NCBI GenBank assembly: GCA_035285595.1
Contig: JAYKGV010000057.1
Coordinates: 6,810 to 70,809 of the forward strand
Direction: 5' to 3'
Length of the DNA: 64,000 bases
From: Candidatus Sericytochromatia bacterium
GTDB lineage: Bacteria; Cyanobacteriota; Sericytochromatia; S15B-MN24; VGJW01
Part shown: one piece after another, positions 1 to 10,000 of the stretch
How the letters are laid out: each line of letters opens with the position of its first letter
Position numbering within the stretch: the stretch's first letter is position 1
Notes under the pieces: generated by a model
Seen by the model: only the letters and a program-made list of their open reading frames with translations
Database searches by the model: none
What the model was told of the DNA's origin: nothing
Translations under genes and position numbers: made by a program

Positions 1-72
1 ACCCTCGTCTTCGGTACCGAGGATGCGACGGACTTCGGGCAAGCCCGCGGGGGCGTGGATTTCGGGGGTCAT
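1..72 (-). CDS. first 24 codons of an unidentified CDS that runs off the window
   Basis: ATG at 72..70, one nt after the lipA stop (76..74). Reads MTPEIHAPAGLPEVRRILGTEDEG. Too short for a family call. Confidence 0.35.
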   Translation of the reverse strand, partial: MTPEIHAPAGLPEVRRILGTEDEG

Positions 73-73
73 G

Positions 74-1003
74 TCAAGCACCCTGCTCCAGCATCGGTAG
101 GGGGGTGAAGGTAGGAGCCATGCCGGCGGCTCCATCGGCGATGGCGCCCTTCAGGAAAAGTTCGCCAGCACGATAGGAGCTGCGTACCAAGGGTCCGGAC
201 GCCACGTACATGAACCCCATACCCTCGGCCATTTCCTGATAGTCGCGGAAGGCGGCAGGAGAGATGAACTCGTGCACCGGAAGGTGCTTGGCGCTCGGCT
301 GCAGGTATTGCCCGAAGGTGACGATGTCGCAGCCGTGACGGCGCATGTCGGCGAGAGCTTCCGCCACTTCGGCCCGGGTCTCTCCCAGGCCGAGCATGAG
401 CGAGGTCTTGGTGAAGCGTGCTCCGAGTGCCTTCAGGCGTGAGAGTACCAGAAGACTTTGGTCGTAGGTGGCACGCCTGTCGCGTACGCCAGGGGTCAGG
501 CGCCTCACCGTCTCGACGTTGTGGGCCACCACGTCGGGACCCGACGCCACGATCGTCGCGAGATCGTCCTCCACGGCCCGGAAGTCCGGAACAAGAACCT
601 CGACGAGCATCTCGGGTACCCGCTCCTTGAGCGCACGAACCGTGGCTGCGAAGTGTCTCGCCCCGCCGTCGGGCAGGTCGTCCCGGTCGACGCTGGTGAG
701 CACGATGTAGTCCAGGCCGGTCTCTGCGATCAGACCTGCCACCTTCTCGGGTTCTGCCGGATCCAGCGCCTTGGGGCGGCCGGTCTTGACGTGGCAGAAC
801 CTGCAGCCACGGGTACAGGTGTCGCCCATCAGCATGAAGGTGGCGGTCCCACCCCCCCAGCACTCGCCGATATTGGGGCAGCGAGCCTCTTCGCACACGG
901 TCGCGAGGCCCAGTTCACGGGCCTTTCGCTTGAGGTGAAGGTAGCGTTCCCCTCCAGGGGCCCGCACCTTGAGCCATTCTGGCTTTGATTGACGCTGATT
1001 CAT
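74..1003 (-). CDS. lipA: lipoyl synthase
   Basis: Track ORF 74..1045. [12 protein letters not shown] auxiliary-cluster motif plus radical-[11 protein letters not shown], with a full-length LipA-like body. Preferred start is the ATG at 1003 ([10 protein letters not shown]), which forms an ATGA overlap with the upstream stop. 1045 is the alternative. Confidence 0.93.
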   Translation of the reverse strand: MNQRQSKPEWLKVRAPGGERYLHLKRKARELGLATVCEEARCPNIGECWGGGTATFMLMGDTCTRGCRFCHVKTGRPKALDPAEPEKVAGLIAETGLDYIVLTSVDRDDLPDGGARHFAATVRALKERVPEMLVEVLVPDFRAVEDDLATIVASGPDVVAHNVETVRRLTPGVRDRRATYDQSLLVLSRLKALGARFTKTSLMLGLGETRAEVAEALADMRRHGCDIVTFGQYLQPSAKHLPVHEFISPAAFRDYQEMAEGMGFMYVASGPLVRSSYRAGELFLKGAIADGAAGMAPTFTPLPMLEQGA

Positions 1004-2259
1004 GGGGCGACGCGGTCGTTTCGGGCGGGATTCATAGCGTACCACGGATGGCGGGCTGGCCGCCTGATCTCCAGCATGGCCGGACTTTCGGCGTACTGCA
1101 GGCGCAGTCCACGCGGATCCTCGGACAAGGGGCGCACCCCTTGACGGGAATTAAGCAGGATCTGGGCTTCGGGGTCCTCTACATAAAGCCGGCCTCGCGC
1201 GTAGGGGGCGCGGAACCGCTCTTCCACCCAGCGGGCGGGCTCGAGGGGCACCTCTTCCAGGTCGCCATCCCAGCGTTGATCGCTGAGCAAATCGGCGGCC
1301 AGTTCGCGGACGATGGGGTCGGGAATGTCTGCCTGAGCGAGGATCTTGAGAGCTTCCCACATGGCGTAGTCATCGCGAGCCACGAAGGCCTCCAGGTCCT
1401 CTCCCATCGGCGCGACCAGCCACGTGAGGCCGACAGCCTCGAGTGCCTGCCGGGGCAAGGTGCCCAGGCGAAGCATCAGGCCGTGCAGCATGGCATCGTA
1501 GATGCGTGCCGTGCGGTGCTCGTAGACGTTCTTGTACATGTGCAGACGGCTCATGAGCACCTGGCCCAGCGCGTCGACGGCCTTGTCCTCGAAGGCGATG
1601 CGGCTGCGGCTTCGCCACGTCACGCGCGTCAGGTGCCTCATCAGCCAATCGAGGTCGAAGCCCGCATAGCGCACGCCCGTCATGTAGGCATCCCGGAGCA
1701 GATAGTCCAGCCGGTCCACGTCCGCTTGGCTCGAGACCAGGTCGTGCATCCAGGCATGTTCGGGGGCCAGGTCCCCGCCATGACGGATGGCGACGATGCG
1801 CCGGGCAAGCGCGGGTCCGTCCACTGCGTGGCGAGACCAGACCTCCGAAAGGTCGGGATGTTCGAGAATCAGCCGATCCGTGACGGTCTCATGGTGGAAG
1901 CCCCAGATGCGTTCCGCGGTGTGCGAGAAGATGCCGTGGCCGAGGTCATGCAGCATGGCCGCCAGCCCCAGTGCCATTCGGTCCTCTGCGGCCATGTCGT
2001 CGATCAAGCGGCGTCCGTCGAGTTCTGACATGGCGCGGCGGACCAGCTGGTAAGCGCCCAAGCTGTGGGCGAATCTCGAGTGTTCGGCTCCCGGAAAAAT
2101 CAACTTGGACAGGCCGAGCTGGTGAAGGCGACGCAGGCGCTGGAAAGGACGGGTCTGCAACACGTCCAGCGCCACGGCACCCAACGCGTCCTCGGGGAAG
2201 TCGATGGTGGCGTGAATGACGTCCCTAAGGACGAACGGTGGCCTCAGCATGGGTCTCAA
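1000..2259 (-). CDS. HD-domain phosphohydrolase, SAMHD1/COG1078-like putative dNTP triphosphohydrolase
   Basis: [33 protein letters not shown] and [13 protein letters not shown] motifs in canonical order. Confidence 0.8.
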   Translation of the reverse strand: MRPMLRPPFVLRDVIHATIDFPEDALGAVALDVLQTRPFQRLRRLHQLGLSKLIFPGAEHSRFAHSLGAYQLVRRAMSELDGRRLIDDMAAEDRMALGLAAMLHDLGHGIFSHTAERIWGFHHETVTDRLILEHPDLSEVWSRHAVDGPALARRIVAIRHGGDLAPEHAWMHDLVSSQADVDRLDYLLRDAYMTGVRYAGFDLDWLMRHLTRVTWRSRSRIAFEDKAVDALGQVLMSRLHMYKNVYEHRTARIYDAMLHGLMLRLGTLPRQALEAVGLTWLVAPMGEDLEAFVARDDYAMWEALKILAQADIPDPIVRELAADLLSDQRWDGDLEEVPLEPARWVEERFRAPYARGRLYVEDPEAQILLNSRQGVRPLSEDPRGLRLQYAESPAMLEIRRPARHPWYAMNPARNDRVAP

Positions 2260-4841
2260 GCATAGCGGAAGCGGAGCATCACCGGGACCGTGGGCAGTCC
2301 CCGCATCCTCAGCAACTTTCGGGAGCCGGGGCCACCCTCGATCAAGCAGCTCGTGCCGGCCGGCAGGCCGTCGACCTCCGCCTCGAGGGAAGTGGCTCCG
2401 CGGGGCAACACCAGGGTCACCGTACGATCGCCCCGTCCCGACGCGCGCAGGGACAAGATGAGGCGTTTCTGGCCAGGGTCATGGCGGCCGGCCAGGACTT
2501 CGAGGCCTCGGGCCTCCAGGACGATGGCCTCCACATTCGTATCGCCCAGCAAGCCGTGGAGCCGATCGGGATGCTGCAACCAGTCGGCCTCCGCTGGCCG
2601 AGGCACCGGCAACTTCCAGCCCTTCGCCTGCTGGATCTCGGCCCGCTCCCGCTCCGGGGGTAGGGGGGTGGGGTCTTGCAGGCCAAGGCCGGAGCGCCAG
2701 CGCTGACGCGCCTCCGGATCGGCGGCCACGGGGCCGAGCCGAGCCGCAATCGCTTTCCATTCCGGCTCTTCGCGCCTATCGGCCAGGCGCCACGCAGCCA
2801 AGGCCCCAAGCCAAGTGGCCACGCCATGGCCAGCCGTCAGGTGGCGCGGCCCCCCGGGAGAAGGGGGGACGACAAGACTCAGGGGGTCGAGCGCTCGTCG
2901 CAACCCCTCGGCGACTTCCTTAACTTGTGGTGCGAGTCCCATTCTGGCCAGAACCGAGGATTCGGCCAGTCGACTGGTTCGATCGAGCACGGGGCCCGTG
3001 GCCAGGATGGCATCCGTGGGCAGACCCGCAGGATCCAGCCAAGCCATGATCCAGCGCAGGCCTCGATCGAGAGGCGGGATGTCCAGTGTTCCCCATGCCC
3101 GTTCGCGCCAGACCCGGGCCAGGGCCTCCAGGGTGGGCGTCCGGGGCTTCGAGCGTCCGGCCGGATCCAGGTCCGGCAGGGCAAGCGCGTCTTCGGCCGC
3201 GGCATCCAGCAGGCCGGCCCCACCGGGTTCCAGGGTGGGAGCCCTGCCGGTGACGGGAAGGCGCCGCACGGGCAGGCGACGCGGCGAGGGCACTTCATAG
3301 GCGAGGGTCTCCCCGATTCGGCCTCGTAGCGGACCTTCGTAGGTCGTTACCCCAAGGTCCGCGGCGTCGGTCCGCACCTGGGGACGCCCCGCCGTCGGCA
3401 GGGCCCGCAGGCCGAGGGCAGGGGACAGAATCGCTACGGGCACGGTGCCCCAGGGGAGGTGGGTCCAATGGTCTTCCAGCTTGATCCAGCCGTCCGCTGC
3501 GTAACCTGACACTCGGGTTCGCAGCCCCCACGGCAGAGCCGCCGCGGCCCAGAACCGTGCTCGTGCCACCCGCTCGCGATCCGGACCTTCATGGTTCGAT
3601 TCTCCTCTCGCGAGGGCAACAGGTCCCTCGGGCCAAAGCACGCGCAGGTCCTCCCCCGGGCCCACGGTCAGGGCCAAGGTGTCGTCTGTTTCGCGTGCGA
3701 GACGGCCGGCAAACGGCAAGCGGTCGCTCGCCAGCACCAACGGGACCTGTGTGTCGATGCCCGACAGCAACAGCCAGTTTCCGGACGGCTGCACGAGGCG
3801 CGGCAGCAGATCCCGGCAGGGACGCGTCACGACCCCCCAGCGATCGGTCCAGGTGAGGCTGCGGACCTTGGGTATCCGGACGGAGACGGTGGCCTCGCCG
3901 CCCTCGAGAACGAATCCGGGGGCCATCACGGGTGCGTGGAGGCGCCAGAGCCTCCGGCCCGACGGGCTGTGTCGCTCGAACACGCGCCCGGTGGTGCCCT
4001 GGACGATCACACGGGCTGAGGTCGCCAGAGGCTGCCCGTGGGCCTCGAATCGTCCGGTCCAACCCGTGCCTCCCGCCTCCTCCAGCGGCTCCCAGCCATC
4101 GACCGACAGCCTGCATGACGACAGCCGAGCCGCAGGTCCGGTACCGAAGCGGCCGACGCCCGGCTCGAGAGGAGGGATCCCCGCAGGACGGGCGGGCTCC
4201 CAGACCCACGCCGGAGGAGGTTCCGGTGCAGGCGGTTTCGGCGGGCGCAGGGCCGTGAACCATGCCTTGAAGCCCACGCAACCCAGCCATGGATGTCCTG
4301 GCCATGCTTCGAGGCGCAGGGCGAGGACATTGCCGGTGGCTTTAAGCAGAGAGCCCGGGATGGGCACGCGCATGACGCGGGCCCAGGGGTGATCTACCGG
4401 TCCACGAGCGCGATGGAGACGCTGGCCGTTGACGTAGACCTCCACATCGGCCGCGATGCCGCGCAAGACCAGGCTGGTATCCTGCCCCAGGCCCGCTCGT
4501 TCCACCATGAAGTCGAGGCGCAGCCAGCCCACCGCCGCGGGTACTCTCCAGCCCCGCAGGTCGTTGAGGGCTTCGCCCGCGGAAACCCGGACGACTGTCG
4601 GCGGAGACACGGGCGCGGCTGCCTCCTGACGCGAGGGGAGCGCGCCTCGAGGATCCTCGCCGGGCATCCACCTCCACGTCCTGAACTCGAGGTCTACTCT
4701 GCCGCCACGCCAAATCTCGGGGGCCGGGACCACCACCTCAATGCCCGCGAATTCTTCCGCCCGGCCTGGGACGCCCGCGATCACCGCAGCTCCCTCGGCG
4801 GCCATAACGAAAGCCCACGGAAGCCACTTTCCCCTCGTCAT
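2256..4841 (-). CDS. large hypothetical exported or membrane-anchored protein with a galactose-binding-like (GH2 N-terminal type) module
   Basis: 861-aa ORF with a hydrophobic N-terminus (WLPWAFVMAAEGAAVIAGV). LRLDFMVERAGLGQDTSLVLRGIAADVEVYVNGQRL resembles the sugar-binding jelly-roll of GH2-type enzymes. The rest is unassigned. 4-nt overlaps with both neighbours. Confidence 0.6.
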   Translation of the reverse strand: MTRGKWLPWAFVMAAEGAAVIAGVPGRAEEFAGIEVVVPAPEIWRGGRVDLEFRTWRWMPGEDPRGALPSRQEAAAPVSPPTVVRVSAGEALNDLRGWRVPAAVGWLRLDFMVERAGLGQDTSLVLRGIAADVEVYVNGQRLHRARGPVDHPWARVMRVPIPGSLLKATGNVLALRLEAWPGHPWLGCVGFKAWFTALRPPKPPAPEPPPAWVWEPARPAGIPPLEPGVGRFGTGPAARLSSCRLSVDGWEPLEEAGGTGWTGRFEAHGQPLATSARVIVQGTTGRVFERHSPSGRRLWRLHAPVMAPGFVLEGGEATVSVRIPKVRSLTWTDRWGVVTRPCRDLLPRLVQPSGNWLLLSGIDTQVPLVLASDRLPFAGRLARETDDTLALTVGPGEDLRVLWPEGPVALARGESNHEGPDRERVARARFWAAAALPWGLRTRVSGYAADGWIKLEDHWTHLPWGTVPVAILSPALGLRALPTAGRPQVRTDAADLGVTTYEGPLRGRIGETLAYEVPSPRRLPVRRLPVTGRAPTLEPGGAGLLDAAAEDALALPDLDPAGRSKPRTPTLEALARVWRERAWGTLDIPPLDRGLRWIMAWLDPAGLPTDAILATGPVLDRTSRLAESSVLARMGLAPQVKEVAEGLRRALDPLSLVVPPSPGGPRHLTAGHGVATWLGALAAWRLADRREEPEWKAIAARLGPVAADPEARQRWRSGLGLQDPTPLPPERERAEIQQAKGWKLPVPRPAEADWLQHPDRLHGLLGDTNVEAIVLEARGLEVLAGRHDPGQKRLILSLRASGRGDRTVTLVLPRGATSLEAEVDGLPAGTSCLIEGGPGSRKLLRMRGLPTVPVMLRFRYA

Positions 4842-6604
4842 GCAGGGGTATCCCTGCCAAGGCGTTCCAGTTCCCAGGCGCCGATCAGGAACGGATGGGG
4901 CGCTGCGGCCTCCAAGTCGGCGAGGTCAGCCGAATCGAGCCAGCCACGGTCGAGCAGACTGCCCACGAACCAGCTCGTGTGGTTACGGTTCGAGAAGCCT
5001 GCCGCCGCGCGCAGAGCCTGCGCGACGTCCCTTGCCGCCAGCCAGGGCAGTATCCGCCGCAAGCCTTGGTCGTGGGCCAGCACGGGATCATCTTCGCAGC
5101 CCATGGCGGCCTCGAGCAGGCTCGCCGTGATCCGATGAGGTACGTCCGGACCCAACAACTCGAGGGTCCTGCGCCCCGGTCCGTAGGGCCAGGCTGCGGT
5201 TAAGGCCCCCTGAACGTGCCGAGCCAGCGCCGGATCCGCCAGTGCCTCGGGATGACAGGCCAGCAGGGCCGCGACAGCTTGCCGCCTCGCCGGATCCTCC
5301 CCCGCAAGTTCGTCTTCCGCCCGCCATGCCGACCGAGCGAGCGCATGGGCCGCGAGGCCCGGACGCAGGGACTCCGGTGTCTCGCGGACGACGGACCACG
5401 CGTCCAGGGGTGTCCGTGGCCAGTCGCCTTCCCAAGTGTCCGGCATCCGACCTTGAGCCACGTACAGGTCTGCGAGGATTCTGGGGATCGCCGCAGGAGC
5501 TCCGTCACGGGCCCACGAAAGTACATCGACGAGACCCTGGCCCGGTCGCCCGGGCGGCATGGAGGTCAGCGCCGACGACAGGGCGAGGGCCGTCTCCTCT
5601 GCTTGGTCGACGTCCATGACCTGAGGATGGTCGAGGAACCATGCGAGCGTCCTTTCCAGTTCGTCGGCGAGTGCCGGGGCCTCGGCGGCGAAGGGGCCGA
5701 GGATCTGGGCCATCAGGCCGGCATAGCGGCGGGGGAGTCCTTCGTGACGCCAATCCGGCGGAAGGGCTGCCCTCAGCCAAAGGTGGCCCAACGCCCCGCG
5801 CGTTGCCGGAGGCACACGTGTCAGGACCGTTGCCATGGTCGTGAGCATCTCGAGGCGAAGGGGGCGCGGCAAGTCTTGCATGCCGTCCCAAGGCAGCCGA
5901 TCTGCAGCGAAGGGCAGGATGTCGTGGCCCCGGCGCTCCAGCTCCGTCAGGGCCACCATTTGTCGCAGCAGGGACCGCTTGAGCCGTTCACGAGTGAAGG
6001 GACTGCCGCCTCTGGCATTGCGGCCGAGCCAGCCACGGGCCTCCTCGCCTGCATCGGCCAGCAACCCCAGCAGGGCTTCGCCAAGGCTCGGGTCATCGGG
6101 CAGGCGGGCCGCGAGATCGACCAGCAGCAGATGGCTGGCTCCGTGCTGCCGAATGGCGGCCAAGCCCTCTTCTCGGCCATACAGCCCGAAGATCAGATCA
6201 TTGAGGGTGCGCACGAACGCCCCGGGGGGCTCATGAGCTGCGGTCAGCGCCCCGAGGGCGTCGATCTCGGGCTCGAGGGCTTGAAGCATGGCCCAGCGGC
6301 CCTCGGGGCCGAGCAACTGCACCCCCTCGGCGACGAAGCGCAGGTGGATGCCCGACAAGCCTTCCTCGACCAAGGGGCGGTACTGCGCAATGGCTTCGAG
6401 CCACAGCTCGGTCGCGGCTTGTGCATGCCCTCCTCGGACGCAGGCTGTTGCCGCGAGGACCAGATCCAGGTAACGGTCCTCGGGATCTTCCTGCTCTCTG
6501 GCCAGCTGTGCCGCTTCTGCAGCCTCACCGGCGAGCGCCCGAGCCACGATCCGGCGGACCCGGACGATCGGGGCAGCCGGCAGTTGGGGCGGCTCGAAGG
6601 GCAT
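4838..6604 (-). CDS. hypothetical protein, Ala/Leu-rich and probably all-helical
   Basis: 588-aa ORF with an ATG start. Its stop overlaps the next start by 4 nt. I recognise no motif. Confidence 0.55.
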   Translation of the reverse strand: MPFEPPQLPAAPIVRVRRIVARALAGEAAEAAQLAREQEDPEDRYLDLVLAATACVRGGHAQAATELWLEAIAQYRPLVEEGLSGIHLRFVAEGVQLLGPEGRWAMLQALEPEIDALGALTAAHEPPGAFVRTLNDLIFGLYGREEGLAAIRQHGASHLLLVDLAARLPDDPSLGEALLGLLADAGEEARGWLGRNARGGSPFTRERLKRSLLRQMVALTELERRGHDILPFAADRLPWDGMQDLPRPLRLEMLTTMATVLTRVPPATRGALGHLWLRAALPPDWRHEGLPRRYAGLMAQILGPFAAEAPALADELERTLAWFLDHPQVMDVDQAEETALALSSALTSMPPGRPGQGLVDVLSWARDGAPAAIPRILADLYVAQGRMPDTWEGDWPRTPLDAWSVVRETPESLRPGLAAHALARSAWRAEDELAGEDPARRQAVAALLACHPEALADPALARHVQGALTAAWPYGPGRRTLELLGPDVPHRITASLLEAAMGCEDDPVLAHDQGLRRILPWLAARDVAQALRAAAGFSNRNHTSWFVGSLLDRGWLDSADLADLEAAAPHPFLIGAWELERLGRDTPA

Positions 6605-6648
6605 GGCCCGATTCTACGCCAGCCGGGCGCGGGCTGCGGCGGTCCATG

Positions 6649-7551
6649 TCACGGGCGTGCGTGTGCGCGATGGTAGACCTCGCGCAGGCGCTCCCGGGTG
6701 ACGTGGGTGTAGATCTGGGTCGTCGACAGGGTCTGGTGCCCCAGAAGCTCCTGCACGCTGCGCAGATCCACGCCGCGTTCGAGCAGATGGGTGGCGAAGC
6801 CATGGCGCAGCATGTGGGGCGTGACGTGCTGGCCCAAGCCTGCCCTGAGCCCGTGGGTGGCTACGAGGCGCTGCACCGAGCGTACCGTCAAGGGAAGCCC
6901 CGAAGGTCCCACGAACAGGGCATCGGTGGGAACGGAGCCTCGGTTCGTCAGCACGGGACGTCCCTCGCGCAAGTAGGTTTGCAGGGCTTCCCATGCGCCA
7001 AGGTCAATCAGTACGCGACGTTCCTTGCGACCTTTGCCGAGGATCGGCAACTCGACCAGTCCTTCCGCATCGGGCACCGACTGCCGCACCTTTGTGAGGG
7101 TCAGGGCAACCAACTCGCTCACCCGCACGCCCGAGGCATCGAGCATGGCCAGCAAGGCCCGGTCGCGCAGGCCCTGGGGCGTGTCGGGAGGGGGTGCCGC
7201 GAGCAGGAGGGTCGTCTCTTCTGCCGTCAGAAAGCGCGGCAGCTTGCGCGGACGCTTGGGAGGGCGCAGGCCCCGCGTGGGATCCTGCTCGAGGGCCCGC
7301 AGCTTCACGAGGTAACGATAATAAGCTCTCACGGCGGCGATTTTCCGCTCCCGACTGCGCGCGGCGAGGCCATCCCGGCCGAGTTGCGCGGCCCACGCCC
7401 GCAGCCTCCGGAGGTCGACCTGCAAGGGGTCGTCGGATAGCCAACTGAAGAACTGCGCGAGGTCACGACCGTAAGCCGCGACCGTGTGCGGGGAGAGGTT
7501 GCGTTCGACCTCGAGGTAGAGCAGGAAGGCCTCGCGGTCCTCGATCCGCAT
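6649..7551 (-). CDS. tyrosine site-specific recombinase, XerC/XerD family
   Basis: Core-binding N-domain ([23 protein letters not shown]) and catalytic C-terminus ([12 protein letters not shown] ... [15 protein letters not shown]). Start set to the ATG at 7551 (MRIEDRE). The track ORF runs on to 7701 over the tdk 3-prime end. Confidence 0.9.
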   Translation of the reverse strand: MRIEDREAFLLYLEVERNLSPHTVAAYGRDLAQFFSWLSDDPLQVDLRRLRAWAAQLGRDGLAARSRERKIAAVRAYYRYLVKLRALEQDPTRGLRPPKRPRKLPRFLTAEETTLLLAAPPPDTPQGLRDRALLAMLDASGVRVSELVALTLTKVRQSVPDAEGLVELPILGKGRKERRVLIDLGAWEALQTYLREGRPVLTNRGSVPTDALFVGPSGLPLTVRSVQRLVATHGLRAGLGQHVTPHMLRHGFATHLLERGVDLRSVQELLGHQTLSTTQIYTHVTRERLREVYHRAHARP

Positions 7552-7559
7552 GGCGATCG

Positions 7560-8207
7560 TCAGGACGCGACCGGCGTGGCGGAGGGTGAGGTCCCGAGCG
7601 GGGCCAGCGGCAACTGCTCGGGGCGCGGAATCACGTGGTGTTGGCGGCATCGAGGCTCGTAGGACTCGCTGGCCCCCACGAGCACGATGGGGTCGTCCCA
7701 CGAGGCGGGTCGGCCGTCGATGAGGCGCTGGCTACGGGTGGCGGGACCTCCGCAGAGAACGCAGATGGCCGTCAGCTTCTCGACCTTTTCGGCCACCGCC
7801 AGCAGGTGGGGCATCAGGGCAAAAGGTTGGCCACGAAAGTCGAGGTCGAGTCCCGCGCACACCACGCGCTTCCCCGCATCGGCGAGCTGCTGGACCACCT
7901 CTACCATCCCCATGTCGAAGAACTGCACCTCGTCGAGGGCCACGACCTGGGTGTCAGGTTCGACGAGAGGCAGGATCTCGGCCGAGCCCTCGGCTCGAAT
8001 GGCCCGCATCCGGAGTCCCCCGTGGGAGGAGATGTCTTCCGGGAAGTATCGGGTGTCGATCATCGGCTTGAAAGCCTGAACCTTCTGTTTGGCAATTTCG
8101 GCCCGCCTGACCCGCCGGATCAGCTCTTCGGTCTTGCCGCAATACATCGACCCGCAAATGACTTCGATCCAACCTTGGCTGAACGCGGGGGCGTAGAAGC
8201 CGGCCAT
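7560..8207 (-). CDS. tdk: thymidine kinase
   Basis: P-loop [19 protein letters not shown], and C-terminal zinc motif CVLCGGPA...EPRCRQHH. Start is the ATG at 8207 (MAGFYAP). The upstream 208 codons of track ORF 7560..8831 have no Tdk counterpart. Confidence 0.9.
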   Translation of the reverse strand: MAGFYAPAFSQGWIEVICGSMYCGKTEELIRRVRRAEIAKQKVQAFKPMIDTRYFPEDISSHGGLRMRAIRAEGSAEILPLVEPDTQVVALDEVQFFDMGMVEVVQQLADAGKRVVCAGLDLDFRGQPFALMPHLLAVAEKVEKLTAICVLCGGPATRSQRLIDGRPASWDDPIVLVGASESYEPRCRQHHVIPRPEQLPLAPLGTSPSATPVAS

Positions 8208-8297
8208 GGATCCTCCCTTTGGGTCGACGAACACGTGCCATGATAGACGACGGCCATCGGATGGGGTACACGATGTGTACTGCTTGCACTTGGCTTC

Positions 8298-8828
8298 ATG
8301 GATAACAACGTGGCCGATCGTCCGATTTCTGCCGCTGCGGGGTCCCCCTCCGCAGCCATGCTCGAGCTGTTCGAGCGTCCCGATGATGACAAGTTCTATA
8401 AGGCCGTCCAGGCCGTGGCCGAATCCGGAGACTGGCCAGACCTTGCTCCTTTCCGCGAGGCGGTCCTCGCCGCCGATTCTGTGCGTCGGCGGAGGGGGGT
8501 ATATGTCATGGCCCATCACGCCGTGGATCCGGGGGTCCCAGACTTGTTGCGCGAGGCGCTTGGCGCCTCCGAGACCGTCGTGCAGACAGCCGTTCTCACG
8601 GCCGTCGGACGCCATCGCCTCGTGGACCTGCTGCCCGATGTCTGCAGGATCTTCCTTGTGGAGGGCAACGATCCACAACTGGCAAAGGCTGCCGCGGAGA
8701 CTCTGGGCAAGCTGTCCGATCTCCGTGCCGTCGAGCCTCTTCGTCAAGCCAAGGAAAGGTTTCCCACCTTCGTGGTCCGCTCGGCCTGTGACATGGCCCT
8801 GCGTCGTCTCGCGGCCGTCACGAAGTAG
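8298..8828 (+). CDS. HEAT-repeat (PBS-lyase HEAT-like) protein
   Basis: 176-aa ORF divergent from tdk. Repeated A..aLG.l.d.raV..L pattern ([37 protein letters not shown]). Confidence 0.6.
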   Translation: MDNNVADRPISAAAGSPSAAMLELFERPDDDKFYKAVQAVAESGDWPDLAPFREAVLAADSVRRRRGVYVMAHHAVDPGVPDLLREALGASETVVQTAVLTAVGRHRLVDLLPDVCRIFLVEGNDPQLAKAAAETLGKLSDLRAVEPLRQAKERFPTFVVRSACDMALRRLAAVTK

Positions 8829-8869
8829 CACGCGACGGTTCCGGGCGACCCATCGGGTCGCAGCAGACT

Positions 8870-10000
8870 TCAGGCGGCCTGGACCTCGTGGGCTTCACCG
8901 GGCAGCGTGAACCAAAAAGTGGCGCCGTGGCCGGGTGCGCTGCTGACACCGATTTCGCCGCCATGAGCTTGGACGATGGCGCGGGCGATGGCCAGTCCCA
9001 AACCCGTGCCCCCTGTGGACCTTCCGCCGATCTGCCGATAGCGTTGGAACAGCAGGTTCTGGTCTTGCGGTGCGATGCCGGGACCCTGGTCCGTCACCTC
9101 GACACGCAGCCCGGGTACGCAAGGTCTGGCCTTGACCGAGATACGCCCCCCCGGGGGGCTATGGCGAATGGCATTCGACAGCAGGTTGAGCAGGACCTGA
9201 TCCACGCGCCTGGGATCGGCCGTGATGTTCGGGCACGCGGGGGAAAGGTCAAGATCCAGCTTGAGTCCCTTGGCTAGCAACTGGGGGTCCAGGCTGCCGG
9301 CGAGGGCCTGGATTCGAGCTACGGGCGCGATGGGCTCCGGATGGATCTGGAAGGTCCCCGCCTGCACGCGGGCGTCATCAAGCAACTCGTCCACCAGATG
9401 GGTGATGCGCTCCCCGGCGCGTCGGATCTCCTGGACGAAGTCCTTGGCCTCTGGTGCGAGAGGGCCGGCCAGGCCATCGGTCAGTAACTCTGCGAAACCC
9501 ATGATGGTGGTCAGGGGCGTGCGCAGCTCGTGGCTCACGCTGCTGATGAACTGGGTGCGTAGCTGCTCCAAGTCACGCAGGGCCCTGACTTCGGCCAATG
9601 CCTGTTCCGTGCGGGCGGCGTGCAATCTCTCCAACTCGAGGGACATCGCCCGTCCCCGCAGCAGGGACTCGATCCGGATTCTCAGTTCGAGGCGGCGAAT
9701 GGGCGTCAGCACGAGTTCATCGGCGGTACAGCCCAGATGCCGTGAGGCAGGAAAGAGGTCTGAGGGATGTACGAGCAGCAGCACGGGGAGGAATCGGGGC
9801 GCTTCGGCTTCCCGGCACGCATGGATGAGTTTTGCCCAGTACTCATGGGAGCGCAGGTCCATGACGGCCAGATCGAAACATGGCTGGATTCCCCCGGGCC
9901 GCAAGTCCGGTCTCTCGAGTACCTCGTGAGGCGAGGGTTCGAGCATCGACCTGAGCTGCGTGGTGTCCTCATGATGTCCAAGCCAGAGCGCCAACCTCAT
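8870..10000 (-). CDS. cytoplasmic histidine kinase with an N-terminal pseudo-receiver domain
   Basis: H-box [15 protein letters not shown]-box [13 protein letters not shown]-boxes DQGPGI and GGTGLGLAI. The N-terminal 120 aa is receiver-like but lacks the acidic pair and conserved Lys. No TM segments. ATGA overlap with the upstream gene. Confidence 0.88.
   Translation of the reverse strand: MRLALWLGHHEDTTQLRSMLEPSPHEVLERPDLRPGGIQPCFDLAVMDLRSHEYWAKLIHACREAEAPRFLPVLLLVHPSDLFPASRHLGCTADELVLTPIRRLELRIRIESLLRGRAMSLELERLHAARTEQALAEVRALRDLEQLRTQFISSVSHELRTPLTTIMGFAELLTDGLAGPLAPEAKDFVQEIRRAGERITHLVDELLDDARVQAGTFQIHPEPIAPVARIQALAGSLDPQLLAKGLKLDLDLSPACPNITADPRRVDQVLLNLLSNAIRHSPPGGRISVKARPCVPGLRVEVTDQGPGIAPQDQNLLFQRYRQIGGRSTGGTGLGLAIARAIVQAHGGEIGVSSAPGHGATFWFTLPGEAHEVQAA

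Noticed and set aside
1000-2259. The HD dNTPase-like gene as an anti-phage dNTP-depletion system.
   Set aside because: It is the SAMHD1/COG1078 housekeeping type. It is translationally chained to lipA within native-GC DNA, with no mobile or defence neighbours.
8208-8831. The upstream 208 codons of track ORF 7560..8831 as part of thymidine kinase.
   Set aside because: Tdk homology begins at MAGFYAP (ATG 8207). The upstream part overlaps the divergent HEAT-repeat gene on the other strand and has no Tdk counterpart.
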